From an uncultured Clostridia bacterium (lineage in GTDB: Bacteria > Bacillota > Clostridia > Christensenellales > CAG-314), in the NCBI GenBank assembly GCA_947629985.1, contig CANRFV010000001.1, positions 49,329 to 113,328 of the forward strand: a stretch of DNA of 64,000 nucleotides, in the 5' to 3' direction. Position 1 is the first letter of the stretch. Every line of letters starts with the position of its first letter. This document shows, one piece after another, positions 37,301-44,020 of the stretch. The notes beneath the pieces are model-generated. The model was not told where the DNA came from, did not search any database, and was given only the letters and a program-made list of their open reading frames with translations. A program made the translations under genes and the position numbers.

Positions 37301-40300
37301 CCTTTATCTTGTTCTGTTTTTCCCTTGCGGCAATGGTTTCTGCTTGATTGATAACTCGCTTCTCTTTACCGTCTGCATCCTGTATCGTGTCATAAATTGT
37401 TGTCGCTCGTAGGTTTAGCAAGTCCTCAAAAAGCCTATACGCCGGTGCCCGTTTTGTTCCGTAAACCTCCTTTTGCTTCATATCTGTGGTATATCTAACA
37501 TGCGCTTTTTGGTCAAGCCGCCAACTACTATCATGCGGATTGTAAAAAAGTTGAAAGTCGTGCCGAAAATACCAAGGAAGCCCTATGAGTTCTCTGTAAA
37601 ATTCCTCGTAATATTTTTTGTCAACCCAACTTGCGCCAAGTCGAACTGAAATTTCTCCTGCGGTAAGTGGCGTAGGCTGTATTTGTTCCAATGCAGCGAC
37701 ATTCTTTTGAAAGTCGGGATGTTCTGTTGCATAATCTCTCGCTGTCTGCAATTTTGATACAACTTGTCCCGAAAGATATTCTTCTGCCGTCTGAAAGCCC
37801 GAATACTTATCTCCGTCTACTACCGTATCTGGATCACGAAAAACCGCATTTCCAAGTTCGGACAAAACAGTGTCGTAATCCTTTTTCGTCAGTTCTTCGA
37901 TGTACGAAATATCTACTCTGCCACGCTCGTTTTGAGAAATCTGTAATGCCTCAAAGCAGTCATCCGTGCTTGTTACAGCCGTGTACGGTCTTATTGTCCG
38001 TTTTGTGAAGATGTCCGCTTTGAATATGACTTTGGTTTCCTCGTCAATATCCTCACAAGCAAAAAGAAGTGCGCTATCGCCATCTTCTTTGAACAGTTTT
38101 GTGTTCGTTTGGCTGTTTACGTTACCGTACTTTTTTACGAATGTGTCATAGTGAGCGTTGAGTTGCCTTTGTTCAAGTGCTAATACTTCATCCGAACAGC
38201 CCTGTATCTGAATGTCGAGAATATGGTGAAGTTCCTCTCTGAGTGCTATCATAGCCACGATACGTTGATATGCGTCTTTCGGATATTTGGGAATAGCCTG
38301 TTCGACCATTTCTTCCCCAATACGCATATACAATCTTCCGTTCTCCGCCTTGTAGCACAGGTGCTTAACATTGTAGTCCACTTCCGTCGTCTGTTCGACT
38401 TCGGGCGACTCTTGTGGTGCATCGAATATTCCTTGTGGCAACTTCTCGATTGCTTCAATCAATGCTTCTGAGAGCGGTCTGCCGTCTGGTTTTACAGTTA
38501 TATTCTCGGTATTGTATAGCCCGTGTTCTTTGGCAAGAATTCCGAGTATCATTTCGGGGTGTTTGATAAAGTAGTTATTTATCTCAAACCCCGCTTCGGT
38601 CGTACCTGTGGATAACCACTCTGTATTCTCTGTATTTGCATTAATACGCTCGTCGCGCTTTTTGAAAAACAAAATGTCCGTTATTACATCTGTTCCCGCT
38701 GTTTGCTTGAAGGCTGTATTCGGAAGTCGTATCGCACCGAGAAGTTCTGCCCTGTCTGCAAGATACTTCCTTGCATTGGGGTTAAGTTTATCCATAGTGC
38801 CTTTGCTTGTAACCACCGCCATTACGCCGCCTGCTTTGAGTTTGTCTATACTCTTTGCAAGAAAGTAATCGTGGATGTAGAAGTTGTACTTGTTATAATC
38901 TGTATCAAAGACCGAGTAGCCACCGAACGGCACATTTCCCACAACAACATCAAAGCGATCATTCGGAAATGTGGTATCTTCAAAACCTTTGATTTGGACG
39001 TTAGCCTCAGGATATAACTTTGTCGCTATTCTGCCCGTAAGATTATCAAGTTCAACACCATACAGCTTTGAACCGTCGGCTATTTCCTGCGGCATATATC
39101 CGAAGAAATTGCCCGTTCCCATAGCGGGTTCGAGAATACGGTTGTTGCCTTTTATGCCGAAACGTTCAAGCGCATGGTAGATACCACCGATAACTTCCTT
39201 TGATGTGTAATGCGCATTCAGGGTGCTACCCTTTGCGCGCTCGTAGTCCTCTTCCGAAAGAAGTTCTTTCAGCTCTGCATATTCCCTGCGCCACTCTTCG
39301 TTTTTCTCATCAAAGACTTGTGAAAGTCCACCCCATCCCACATATATTGCCAAAATTTTCTTTTCTTCGTCCGTGGGATCACGATTCTCTGCATATAATC
39401 TGTTGACGAGTTTGATTGCCGCAACATTGTTACGGAAACGTGTTTTGTTTCCACCAAGTTCTTTTTGTTCAAAGCCGATTTTGTTCAAATCGGTCTGTTC
39501 GGGCTTGCGTTGTTCCGCTTCCCGCTGTGGTGATAAGTCAATGACTACCTCTCGCAGTTTAATACCGTTTTTGAGAAGTTCGTCCCTGTCAATGTTCTGC
39601 GTTACGGTGTAGGGCTTTCCGTCCAAAGACTTTTTCTGCGAGCAAACAACCTCGTTCGGGTATATGCCCTGCAAACCTGTAACAGTCAGCGTATCGCCTT
39701 TGTAAATGTATTTATCCCCGACTCTTATCTCTCCCGATGCTGTGTTTCCTTGTTCTTTCTCGGTTTCCTCTTCATCGCGCTCCCCATCTTTCCATTCGTA
39801 GTTGGGACAGTAACTCAGATAGAAGTTCGTATCAAAACTGTCATCGTCAAGAACAACGTCCGATACTTCTTCTCTTTCTTCAAGTGCATCAGCAATCTCT
39901 TCTTTGTGTTCTCGAACAAACTGTTCGTCGTCCTTAAACTCGTCGAAATAGACGATCCAATTACCCTCGCTTGTGTTCTCCGTTCCCTCTTTTACGATGT
40001 CGTCTACAATGCTTTTGATTTTTTGCTTTATACGATCATCTGTTTTTTCGAGGTTTTCTTTACGTTCCCACGCTTTCCAATATCTCGGATGCCACCTTTG
40101 AAGCGACTCGTCAATGCCTTTGTTCCAATCCTTGAAAAATTGCTCTTTCTGCTCGTCGGTCAATGTATCGAATGGTACATAGTCATCTATGTTGCCTGTA
40201 TGCTCTAAATTGACATAAGAATGTAGAAAGTAAGCGTTGTCTTTCTGTAATATTCCCTTGTCATAGAGTTCTCGAAGCGGAATCGCAGCATCGCAATCTT

Positions 40301-42764
40301 CTTCGTAGCAATAGTAGCCGTTGTACATGTCTGTCCGATTTGCAAGTGCTTCGCCTGTCAGAATTTTCTCTGCCAATCCTGCCACTATCATAATGCCGCC
40401 GTGTCCGTCCGTGGATACAGAGTAAATACCATTTGCTATCGTTGTACACGATTGCACTTCGTCCCACGGTGAACTGCGCGGAATTAAGTTAGACGACTGT
40501 TGATTCTCTTCGATTATTCTTTTAGCTTCGGGGGATAATTCCTTAAAGCGATTTAACGTTGACTCTGTTGATTGACGAGGAGTAGGTCGTAATTTTCCCG
40601 CACGGATTAACTTTTCCCAATCTTCATCTTCTTCCGCATCCAAATCTCGACCGTCAAGTACGGGTATCTCCTGTTGCTCATCATCGATATACTTGTCGTT
40701 CTCAATCAAAGTACAAACCCTATCCGCAAAATCGTTCCACGTCAGTGTATAACGATCCTGCGTATTTCCCGCGGAGTTGTATCTTGTAATCCACACAGCA
40801 GCCGCATCGTACCTTGCCCGATAGCCATCACCACTTTCGATACTTGTACCGTATTCGTTGGACAGAAACTCAGCAAATGTAGTAAGTTCCGTTGTTTTGG
40901 CATATTCATCCAAAATTCGTTGCTTTCGATCTGCCGTTGTCCTTTTGATGATTTTACCGATAAAAGCGTTTTTGTCCTTTTCTGCTTCTTCTTGCTCCTG
41001 CTTTTCCCTTTCCTGCTCGGCAACATACTTCGGATATTCTTTCTTCTCCTGTTCGGTCAAGTAATTGTCATCATCAATAAGATCAGCTATGCGAACGGCT
41101 ACTTGATTCCAATTCAATGAAACGGTTATAAGTTTTTCGCCGTTTTCCCCACAGACGGACATTTTGATGCCCTTTGCATCGTGATTTTCGTCATCTCCAC
41201 CCCATTCGCTGTGTCCACCCCAACCGTATTCTTCTTTCAGAAACTCGGCAAACTCATGTTCGGTTGGATTCTCATTGTATTTGTCATAGATACGATATTT
41301 TCCGTATTCTACTCCGCTGCCATACTTTAACTGTCGCTCGATGAGAGCTTCTTCGGGCGACTGCTCCTGTTGCTCCTCCATAAGGTCAAAAATTGACAGC
41401 TGTGAAATATTTTTCCGTTTCCTATCCTTTATAGGTTTAGCATTTCCCGATGTGGTTCCTTTCTTTTTATCGGACTTGGGCTTTTCTTCGCTTAAATCTT
41501 CGGGATAATCTTCCTGTTCGCTTGCATCCGAAACGTCGTCATCGTCGTTCTCATACTCATCTTTTATAGGAAAGTGTGTGTCTATATCTCCGACATAATC
41601 CGGCTGTTTTTCTTCGTCATCAAACGGACTTGGTTCATCGTCCGTTATCTCAGTAAGCATTGGCATTTTTCCCATTGCTTCATCGTGGGATAGAATATAT
41701 CTTGCTTCTTCGTCCGATGCTTCTATCCAAACGATAGGATGTTTTTCAAGGATTTTTTCGGTATATAACTCTGCTACGTGATATGGAAAACCGCACATCG
41801 GCGCACGCTCGTCCTGCGCCACAGTTCGCCCCGTAAGTGTAAGGTCAAGCTCATCAGCAACATCTTCCGCCTTGTCGCCAAATACTTCATAAAAATCTCC
41901 GAGTCTCTGAATTACGACCGCCTCAGGGTATTTTTTCTGTTCGTCCAAATACCGCTGATAATACGGCTTATATTTCGGCTGTTCAACCTGTTCGGTTGGC
42001 TCATCCATAGGTTGGTCGGACGTATCTGTCTGTCCGACAGGTATCTCCGTCTGTTCAACGGGAATAGGAACTTTGTCCGTTGTGGTTTCGTCTTCCGTGT
42101 CATCAATAACATTGACTGCTTGCGCCCTACGCTCAAAAGCGTCCTCTATTTCCTGCGACAGAAAATCTGCCGTCATGTATATCTGCTTGAACAGTTCGGC
42201 ATTTTCCTTGTAGGAATACGGCAATCCGTTAAGCATGATTCCATTGTCTTTCGGAAAACCTGTCTTGCAATACAAAGAGTAAGCCGTTCCCTCTATCAGG
42301 AGTCCGTCATAAGTTTCGTTGCCCGTAAGTCTGCTCTGTTCGCGCAGATAGGTCTGTACTCCACGATGTATCTTTCGATAGTCGCTTCGCCCGTCGCCTT
42401 GCAAAGACGTACCGTTCAGTTCGTCCAAGCCTTCGAGCATCCGCTTCAACGGATAGAACAACCGCTGATACCTTGCGTCTCCGTTTGTATCTTGCGCGTC
42501 GAATACGAAACCTTTGTTGCCATCGCGGTCATAATACGGGATTCCTTTCTTGCCACGAGTAATGCGCCTGTCCATAGCGTTCCACTCTTCAAACGAAAAG
42601 CAGACGGAAGCGTTTGGACGGTTAATAACAATTTGGCAAGCCTCGTAAAGTTCGATGTGCGGATTTTGCGCAGAAAAACGATAGAAGTTGCGAAGTTGAT
42701 TTCCATCCGCAAGCATCGCGGCAACAAGTTTATTCCGTTCTTCCAAACTTATTATTCCGCTCAC
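30420..42764 (-). CDS. 4114-aa polyvalent ICE protein (ArdC-N-like, MutS-I-like, DarB-like N6-methylase + SNF2 helicase, DUF3848/3849-like, PrimPol + PriCT)
   Basis: A single uninterrupted 12.3-kb ORF. The motifs are listed in the domain features below. Confidence 0.95.
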   Translation of the reverse strand: MSGIISLEERNKLVAAMLADGNQLRNFYRFSAQNPHIELYEACQIVINRPNASVCFSFEEWNAMDRRITRGKKGIPYYDRDGNKGFVFDAQDTNGDARYQRLFYPLKRMLEGLDELNGTSLQGDGRSDYRKIHRGVQTYLREQSRLTGNETYDGLLIEGTAYSLYCKTGFPKDNGIMLNGLPYSYKENAELFKQIYMTADFLSQEIEDAFERRAQAVNVIDDTEDETTTDKVPIPVEQTEIPVGQTDTSDQPMDEPTEQVEQPKYKPYYQRYLDEQKKYPEAVVIQRLGDFYEVFGDKAEDVADELDLTLTGRTVAQDERAPMCGFPYHVAELYTEKILEKHPIVWIEASDEEARYILSHDEAMGKMPMLTEITDDEPSPFDDEEKQPDYVGDIDTHFPIKDEYENDDDDVSDASEQEDYPEDLSEEKPKSDKKKGTTSGNAKPIKDRKRKNISQLSIFDLMEEQQEQSPEEALIERQLKYGSGVEYGKYRIYDKYNENPTEHEFAEFLKEEYGWGGHSEWGGDDENHDAKGIKMSVCGENGEKLITVSLNWNQVAVRIADLIDDDNYLTEQEKKEYPKYVAEQEREKQEQEEAEKDKNAFIGKIIKRTTADRKQRILDEYAKTTELTTFAEFLSNEYGTSIESGDGYRARYDAAAVWITRYNSAGNTQDRYTLTWNDFADRVCTLIENDKYIDDEQQEIPVLDGRDLDAEEDEDWEKLIRAGKLRPTPRQSTESTLNRFKELSPEAKRIIEENQQSSNLIPRSSPWDEVQSCTTIANGIYSVSTDGHGGIMIVAGLAEKILTGEALANRTDMYNGYYCYEEDCDAAIPLRELYDKGILQKDNAYFLHSYVNLEHTGNIDDYVPFDTLTDEQKEQFFKDWNKGIDESLQRWHPRYWKAWERKENLEKTDDRIKQKIKSIVDDIVKEGTENTSEGNWIVYFDEFKDDEQFVREHKEEIADALEEREEVSDVVLDDDSFDTNFYLSYCPNYEWKDGERDEEETEKEQGNTASGEIRVGDKYIYKGDTLTVTGLQGIYPNEVVCSQKKSLDGKPYTVTQNIDRDELLKNGIKLREVVIDLSPQREAEQRKPEQTDLNKIGFEQKELGGNKTRFRNNVAAIKLVNRLYAENRDPTDEEKKILAIYVGWGGLSQVFDEKNEEWRREYAELKELLSEEDYERAKGSTLNAHYTSKEVIGGIYHALERFGIKGNNRILEPAMGTGNFFGYMPQEIADGSKLYGVELDNLTGRIATKLYPEANVQIKGFEDTTFPNDRFDVVVGNVPFGGYSVFDTDYNKYNFYIHDYFLAKSIDKLKAGGVMAVVTSKGTMDKLNPNARKYLADRAELLGAIRLPNTAFKQTAGTDVITDILFFKKRDERINANTENTEWLSTGTTEAGFEINNYFIKHPEMILGILAKEHGLYNTENITVKPDGRPLSEALIEAIEKLPQGIFDAPQESPEVEQTTEVDYNVKHLCYKAENGRLYMRIGEEMVEQAIPKYPKDAYQRIVAMIALREELHHILDIQIQGCSDEVLALEQRQLNAHYDTFVKKYGNVNSQTNTKLFKEDGDSALLFACEDIDEETKVIFKADIFTKRTIRPYTAVTSTDDCFEALQISQNERGRVDISYIEELTKKDYDTVLSELGNAVFRDPDTVVDGDKYSGFQTAEEYLSGQVVSKLQTARDYATEHPDFQKNVAALEQIQPTPLTAGEISVRLGASWVDKKYYEEFYRELIGLPWYFRHDFQLFYNPHDSSWRLDQKAHVRYTTDMKQKEVYGTKRAPAYRLFEDLLNLRATTIYDTIQDADGKEKRVINQAETIAAREKQNKIKEEFAKWIFADPERREDLERTYNSLFNRIRLPSFDGSYLRFPEMNPTIELKPHQKNAVHRIISGKVSTLLHHVVGAGKTYTMIASIMKMRQYGLCNKAMVAVPNHLVQQWAAEWRKLYPNAKLLIATKEDLEKDNRRKFVSKCAMGDWDGIIIAQSSFAKIPVSTERQIENLQKEIARIEMTVKKTWEESEMPRGAVKNLERIKKSKEAQLKKLMDSSDKDSVLNFESLGVDYLYIDEAHYYKNLFLYSKMNNVAGISAAASQRASDLKLKIEYLQEKHGSDRGVVFATGTPISNSMTEMYTMQSYLQPSVLQEAGINFFDSWAADFGETVTSLELAPSGQGYKARTRFSKFTNLPELLTMYRSFADVQTADMVKLDVPEAERIVVNLKPSDTVVDLAEEIAKRADRINGGGVDPHIDNMLKVTSDGKKLALDPRCYVDTASDEEGSKLNECAARVYEVWEQSTEKKGTQIVFCDLSTPKCRYEEYEYGKDFDAYNDLKHKLVERGIPPEEIAFIHDANTDEQKQALFDKVNGGTVRVLIGSTEKCGAGTNVQKRLVALHHLDTPYRPSDMQQREGRIIRQGNINEKVQIFTYVTERTFDSYSYQILENKQRFISQIDRGDLTVREAEDIDDRTLSYAEIKAITAANPRIKRKMEVDAEVARLRVLEGQYRKNLYALQDNIRKKFPEEIRRQELLIERVREDTAMLKEKYNPETFEISVNGKVYTDKKEGGKALTEALYASSPETVVAEYCGFKISIDPIVLIGAERTVTIAGSGQYGMNIGQSASGNLTRFENFIEDFSNRERRMTQKLEQIRQNLAIAEEEVKKPFEHEEHLAELLKEQAELNAELNLDKREEVIIEDEGGSSDGENYTVLPDRNERTQKGRPRKRLDNIATEQINKQAEQNPNVNIFYKNGDGYDLIGEQAERFAAENGLHIKTEIVDGKSYAVLPIKESELDNYVAQLVDRGEKTLVIEPIPRVKEVDFIENEDKVAEMQVEVLPDRTISQESMNDYGYKWNGMLPVRREMAKTLLNHITLYALYGNDTESEVKSENDIEVHNGIFGVEKPDWNEFINSKEGVAYLYARKVVADANGILLNREMDYFDAKFTDPLSDSNFEEKTELNEFLKGIEPPTADETKPYIMDLISEQKGRLGGVPYEAYGWTLADVKRAIARNIFDNELRIYAEEAVKIEEKKLVEEKENYEQAMKEENPKDFADEDPFTAAMLDDIEVEGNFKKKSKQGYPVLAVFDDGERKHAILRRERTNGDKDYIVARGYNDRRGEWAQGDYDFTSYQAAEDFLEQEYPHAEQIENFTGEELVYKQIVQDSVANEFADFKAKMLNKSPEEVFLNNYKIHIYTELCDTIQDGEDLTEKDFRALYEERGNVLRLLYDEFIDRDGVSVETYWDTAQFIKGYNEHFHDDIMEQPLLFNGEQTYYFGNDENGTAYYFLPALNRENLAEIKRETSRYIIVAPTCHLSKEQLDEYNIQFLKLDRDIAEEELKIPVRNIESMQVAVRRAEPLYMQTAEYALEHGEIAEYRWSMRLNQECKEELDKAIGNNFKDNILNKEFVKGFVEKYGIDRVSNIIASTITQSDWDKRYTDENKEWARTVPLTGDERSRAGLHLSAHPVLVNSVADDIRKEYEKQKSEIKEEEKEMPENQAQAQAATKPQRNWLRYKVSTDAVIRIYNRWTWMKMPQDNPEYKDYTYNVFTNRMWETVIPLDGQGDESESAWGIAIAEDEIVRLKNRDGDEKELSAKEFIALVDGSTSERYATPQSERNNIVIPREAVMKTYESTTLFAAPNGVGYDGYIYYLPNSVIKENTDTEKGDIAANIGKNFNVTLRKGDEKVQFTGEQFAELLGKTNADSYKRQPTAMDEYREQQGEDEQQTKWQTVPLNEKAVLHKYENSTLLKMPKGEYAGLVCYVPNGFIKESEKGLDLRIPEDFTAHLKGDDKVIDLDAATLVAAIKDKTNEDYETNFRKPSEEKVKAFEAVEKNLRENVPAEMKAKPNWVIVRTSENKDTGRFDKYLIDVHTGKAAKSNDASTWTDFDSACQYAKENGGVALAYALDGQDNIVCIDVDDCIDEVGNINSVGATTAGFGNGTYSERSISGKGLHVFGKMQNLDVRAFSKDGDLEFYQDKHFIAMTGNPLTSVTSKELKDLDKTGMREFISQKCEKRTEWKGVGAGIDGLSVMYDREVLDRAMSAKNGDTFKRLYNGEDIRNNHSNSDMSLMNQLAFWCRHDKDQMLRIFATSGLYRPDKPQSYYEYTAMKAVKSSPAYNPPKASNSAPKSSGGGNGKV
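31395..32310 (-). repeat. Three tandem copies of an unassigned ~90-aa domain inside the giant ORF
   Basis: The copies start at LRYKVSTDAVIRIYNRWTWMKMPQ..., IVIPREAVMKTYESTTLFAAPNGVGYDGYIYYLPNSVIKE... and QTVPLNEKAVLHKYENSTLLKMPKGEYAGLVCYVPNGFIKE.... Each ends ...V.L...EF..L. Confidence 0.5.
34385..34590 (-). other. Domain: second, divergent MutS domain I-like module (aa ~2726-2793)
   Basis: NIFYKNGDGYDLIGEQAERFAAENGLHIKTEIVDGKSYAVLPIKESELDNYVAQLVDRGEKTLVIE has the same spacing as copy 1 but with GDGYD in place of GDFYE. Confidence 0.4.
35480..37160 (-). other. Domain: SNF2/DEAD-like superfamily-2 helicase (aa ~1870-2430)
   Basis: LKPHQKNAVHRI, motif I VVGAGKTYTM, motif II YLYIDEAHYYKN and motif VI QQREGRIIRQGN. 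Together with the methylase this gives a phage P1 DarB-like arrangement. Confidence 0.85.
38650..39470 (-). other. Domain: gamma-class N6-adenine DNA methyltransferase (aa ~1100-1370)
   Basis: Motif I is ILEPAMGTGNFFG (about 39099-39137) and motif IV is VVGNVPFG (about 38919-38948). Confidence 0.85.
41720..41965 (-). other. Domain: MutS domain I-like module, copy 1 (aa ~267-348)
   Basis: YYQRYLDEQKKYPEAVVIQRLGDFYEVFGDKAEDVADELDLTLTGRTVAQDERAPMCGFPYHVAELYTEKILEKHPIVWIE follows the MutS N-terminal mismatch-domain pattern (GDFYE.F..DA......L...LT.R.....PM.G.P.H....Y...L...G..V...E). Confidence 0.6.
42464..42704 (-). other. Domain: ArdC-N/DUF1738-like ssDNA-binding module (aa ~20-100)
   Basis: SVCFSFEEWNAMDRRITRGKKGIPYYDRDG resembles the ArdC-N pattern [FW]xTFxQ...G..V.KGEKG. 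The match is weak. Confidence 0.4.
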
Positions 42765-43021
42765 TTTGCAACCTCAACGCTATCGGTTTGTGCAACCGGA
42801 AAGTAAATAATATTGTAGGCGGCTCTGATACCCACAAAATTTATTAGCGCCATAAGTTGTTCCCAAGAAAAAGGCTCGCGCTTGCACAGTTTTTTCTTGA
42901 ACTCCACCACATCAATGCCCAATTTCTTTGCCATTTCTGTTTGAGTTAGCCCATGTTGGAATATCCAACGTTTTAGGCTGTTCTTTTTTAAGGAATAACT
43001 TTCTCTTATTTCTTCTTGCAT
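42761..43021 (-). CDS. XRE-family HTH protein
   Basis: The 86-aa ORF contains LKRWIFQHGLTQTEMAKKLGIDVVEFKKKL and has a 4-nt overlap with the giant gene. Confidence 0.7.
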   Translation of the reverse strand: MQEEIRESYSLKKNSLKRWIFQHGLTQTEMAKKLGIDVVEFKKKLCKREPFSWEQLMALINFVGIRAAYNIIYFPVAQTDSVEVAK

Positions 43022-43269
43022 ACTTCCTCCAAGTAATCGTCTGCACTAAGCGGATTTTTTTTATTTATTGCTTTCCAATCAATAAAGTCTTGCGCCTTGT
43101 CTGCTTTCATAAAGTAAATAAACTTTTTTGCCGTGTCATACCCAACAGCTTGTCCACTTAACATATTTTCCACTTCGCTCTTTTTCACGTTCAATTTCGC
43201 TGCAAATTGGGCGATAGTCAGTTGATGCTCGTCCAGGTATGCTCTCAGCTTTTCCTTTTTTACAATCAT
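43006..43269 (-). CDS. XRE-like HTH protein
   Basis: The ATG at 43269 follows GGAGGG. The HTH is LRAYLDEHQLTIAQFAAKLNVKKSEVENMLSG. The track start at 43329 is an upstream extension. Confidence 0.65.
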   Translation of the reverse strand: MIVKKEKLRAYLDEHQLTIAQFAAKLNVKKSEVENMLSGQAVGYDTAKKFIYFMKADKAQDFIDWKAINKKNPLSADDYLEEVCKKK

Positions 43270-43337
43270 CAAATCCCTCCGTAATTTTTGTGAGAACCTT
43301 CCATAATACTTGGGACAGAAAAATAGCAAAATCGGAC

Positions 43338-43769
43338 CTATTTCAAAAAATTTTTGAAAATTTTATTGTAAGCCGCAATCAAGCGCTTTCTCACCGCCTT
43401 TTCGGAAACATTAAGCATTTTGGCAATTTTGACTTTTCTAATGCCCTTTATGTGATGCAGTATGTAAACCTCGCGTTGTTTGTCAGTCAACAAGCCCATA
43501 ATTTTTTGACTTAGTTCTTGCGCCTGCTCCTCTTGCAAAATACGATTCAGCGGATTGGCATCTACCAACGGCTCTTGTCCAACTTCGCGCAACTGTTCCA
43601 ACGACACATCTGCTTTTGTGGACAGACCTGCTCGCTGTTTTTGTTTTTTGACTTTCGCTTTGTAGTTTTTCTCTTGTGCGTCAAGCTGTTCAAGCGCAAG
43701 TTTCACTTCATCGCTCACCTCAATTTCTTCCGTATGACCATCGGCAAACTGATATAGTACCTTTTCCAT
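43338..43769 (-). CDS. Sigma-70 region-4-type transcription factor (Tn916 orf7-like ICE regulator)
   Basis: LTDKQREVYILHHIKGIRKVKIAKMLNVSEKAVRKRLIAAYNKI is a region 4.2 HTH. It has an AGGAGG RBS. Confidence 0.75.
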   Translation of the reverse strand: MEKVLYQFADGHTEEIEVSDEVKLALEQLDAQEKNYKAKVKKQKQRAGLSTKADVSLEQLREVGQEPLVDANPLNRILQEEQAQELSQKIMGLLTDKQREVYILHHIKGIRKVKIAKMLNVSEKAVRKRLIAAYNKIFKNFLK

Positions 43770-43791
43770 AAAATAACCTCCTATTTGCTTT

Positions 43792-43825
43792 CGCTATCGG
43801 AGGTATAGAAAAACCCCCGATAGCG
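43792..43825 (-). promoter_or_regulatory. Hairpin in the 5' leader of the sigma-like gene
   Basis: A 9-bp stem cgctatcgg / ccgatagcg with a 16-nt loop, ending about 22 nt upstream of the start codon. Its function is unknown. Confidence 0.3.
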
Positions 43826-43939
43826 TTGTTAAACGCCATCGAGGGCACTATAAAAAAAATCTACGCACAACAACCCACAAAAGGTTCAACTTGCTCAGTA
43901 GACCACAATTACAAAATATACAAAAGTTTTCAACTTCCG

Positions 43940-43965
43940 AATCTCCCCGCAAAGGCGGGGAGATT
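43940..43965 (-). terminator. Strong hairpin downstream of the 1446-aa surface-protein gene
   Basis: An 11-bp perfect stem aatctccccgc / gcggggagatt with a 4-nt loop. The downstream U-tract on the minus strand is poor (tcggaagttgaaaactttt), so it may act as a terminator or as an RNA-stability element. Confidence 0.5.
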
Positions 43966-44020
43966 GAGGAGTTAAACATGATCTCAATTGCGAGATCCGT
44001 GCAAATATGAGTTTAGCAAC

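Larger units (their letters stand above)
8343..43830 (-). mobile_element. Integrative conjugative element (serine-recombinase type), minimal core; ends not mapped
   Basis: Contiguous co-oriented modules: two large serine recombinases, VirB4, VirB6-like, VirB2-like, T4 coupling protein, MobL-like relaxase, orphan methyltransferases, ArdC, a polyvalent MTase-helicase-PrimPol protein, and sigma/HTH regulators. The flanks carry housekeeping and sugar-utilisation genes. The left end could extend to about 6187 (hipBA plus the non-coding spacer) and the right end to about 51600 (surface proteins). Confidence 0.8.

Noticed and set aside
41778-42806. A 342-aa plus-strand ORF, and many other long plus-strand ORFs antisense to minus-strand genes (e.g. 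31221-32378, 47375-48259, 52821-54218, 53755-55065, 61299-62297).
   Set aside because: These are shadow ORFs opposite strongly supported genes. Their translations are Arg/Cys/Phe-rich with no motifs and no RBS.
8343-43830. The alternative interpretation of the accessory block as a prophage.
   Set aside because: It has no terminase, portal, capsid, tail or lysis genes. The presence of VirB4, a coupling protein and a relaxase points to conjugation.
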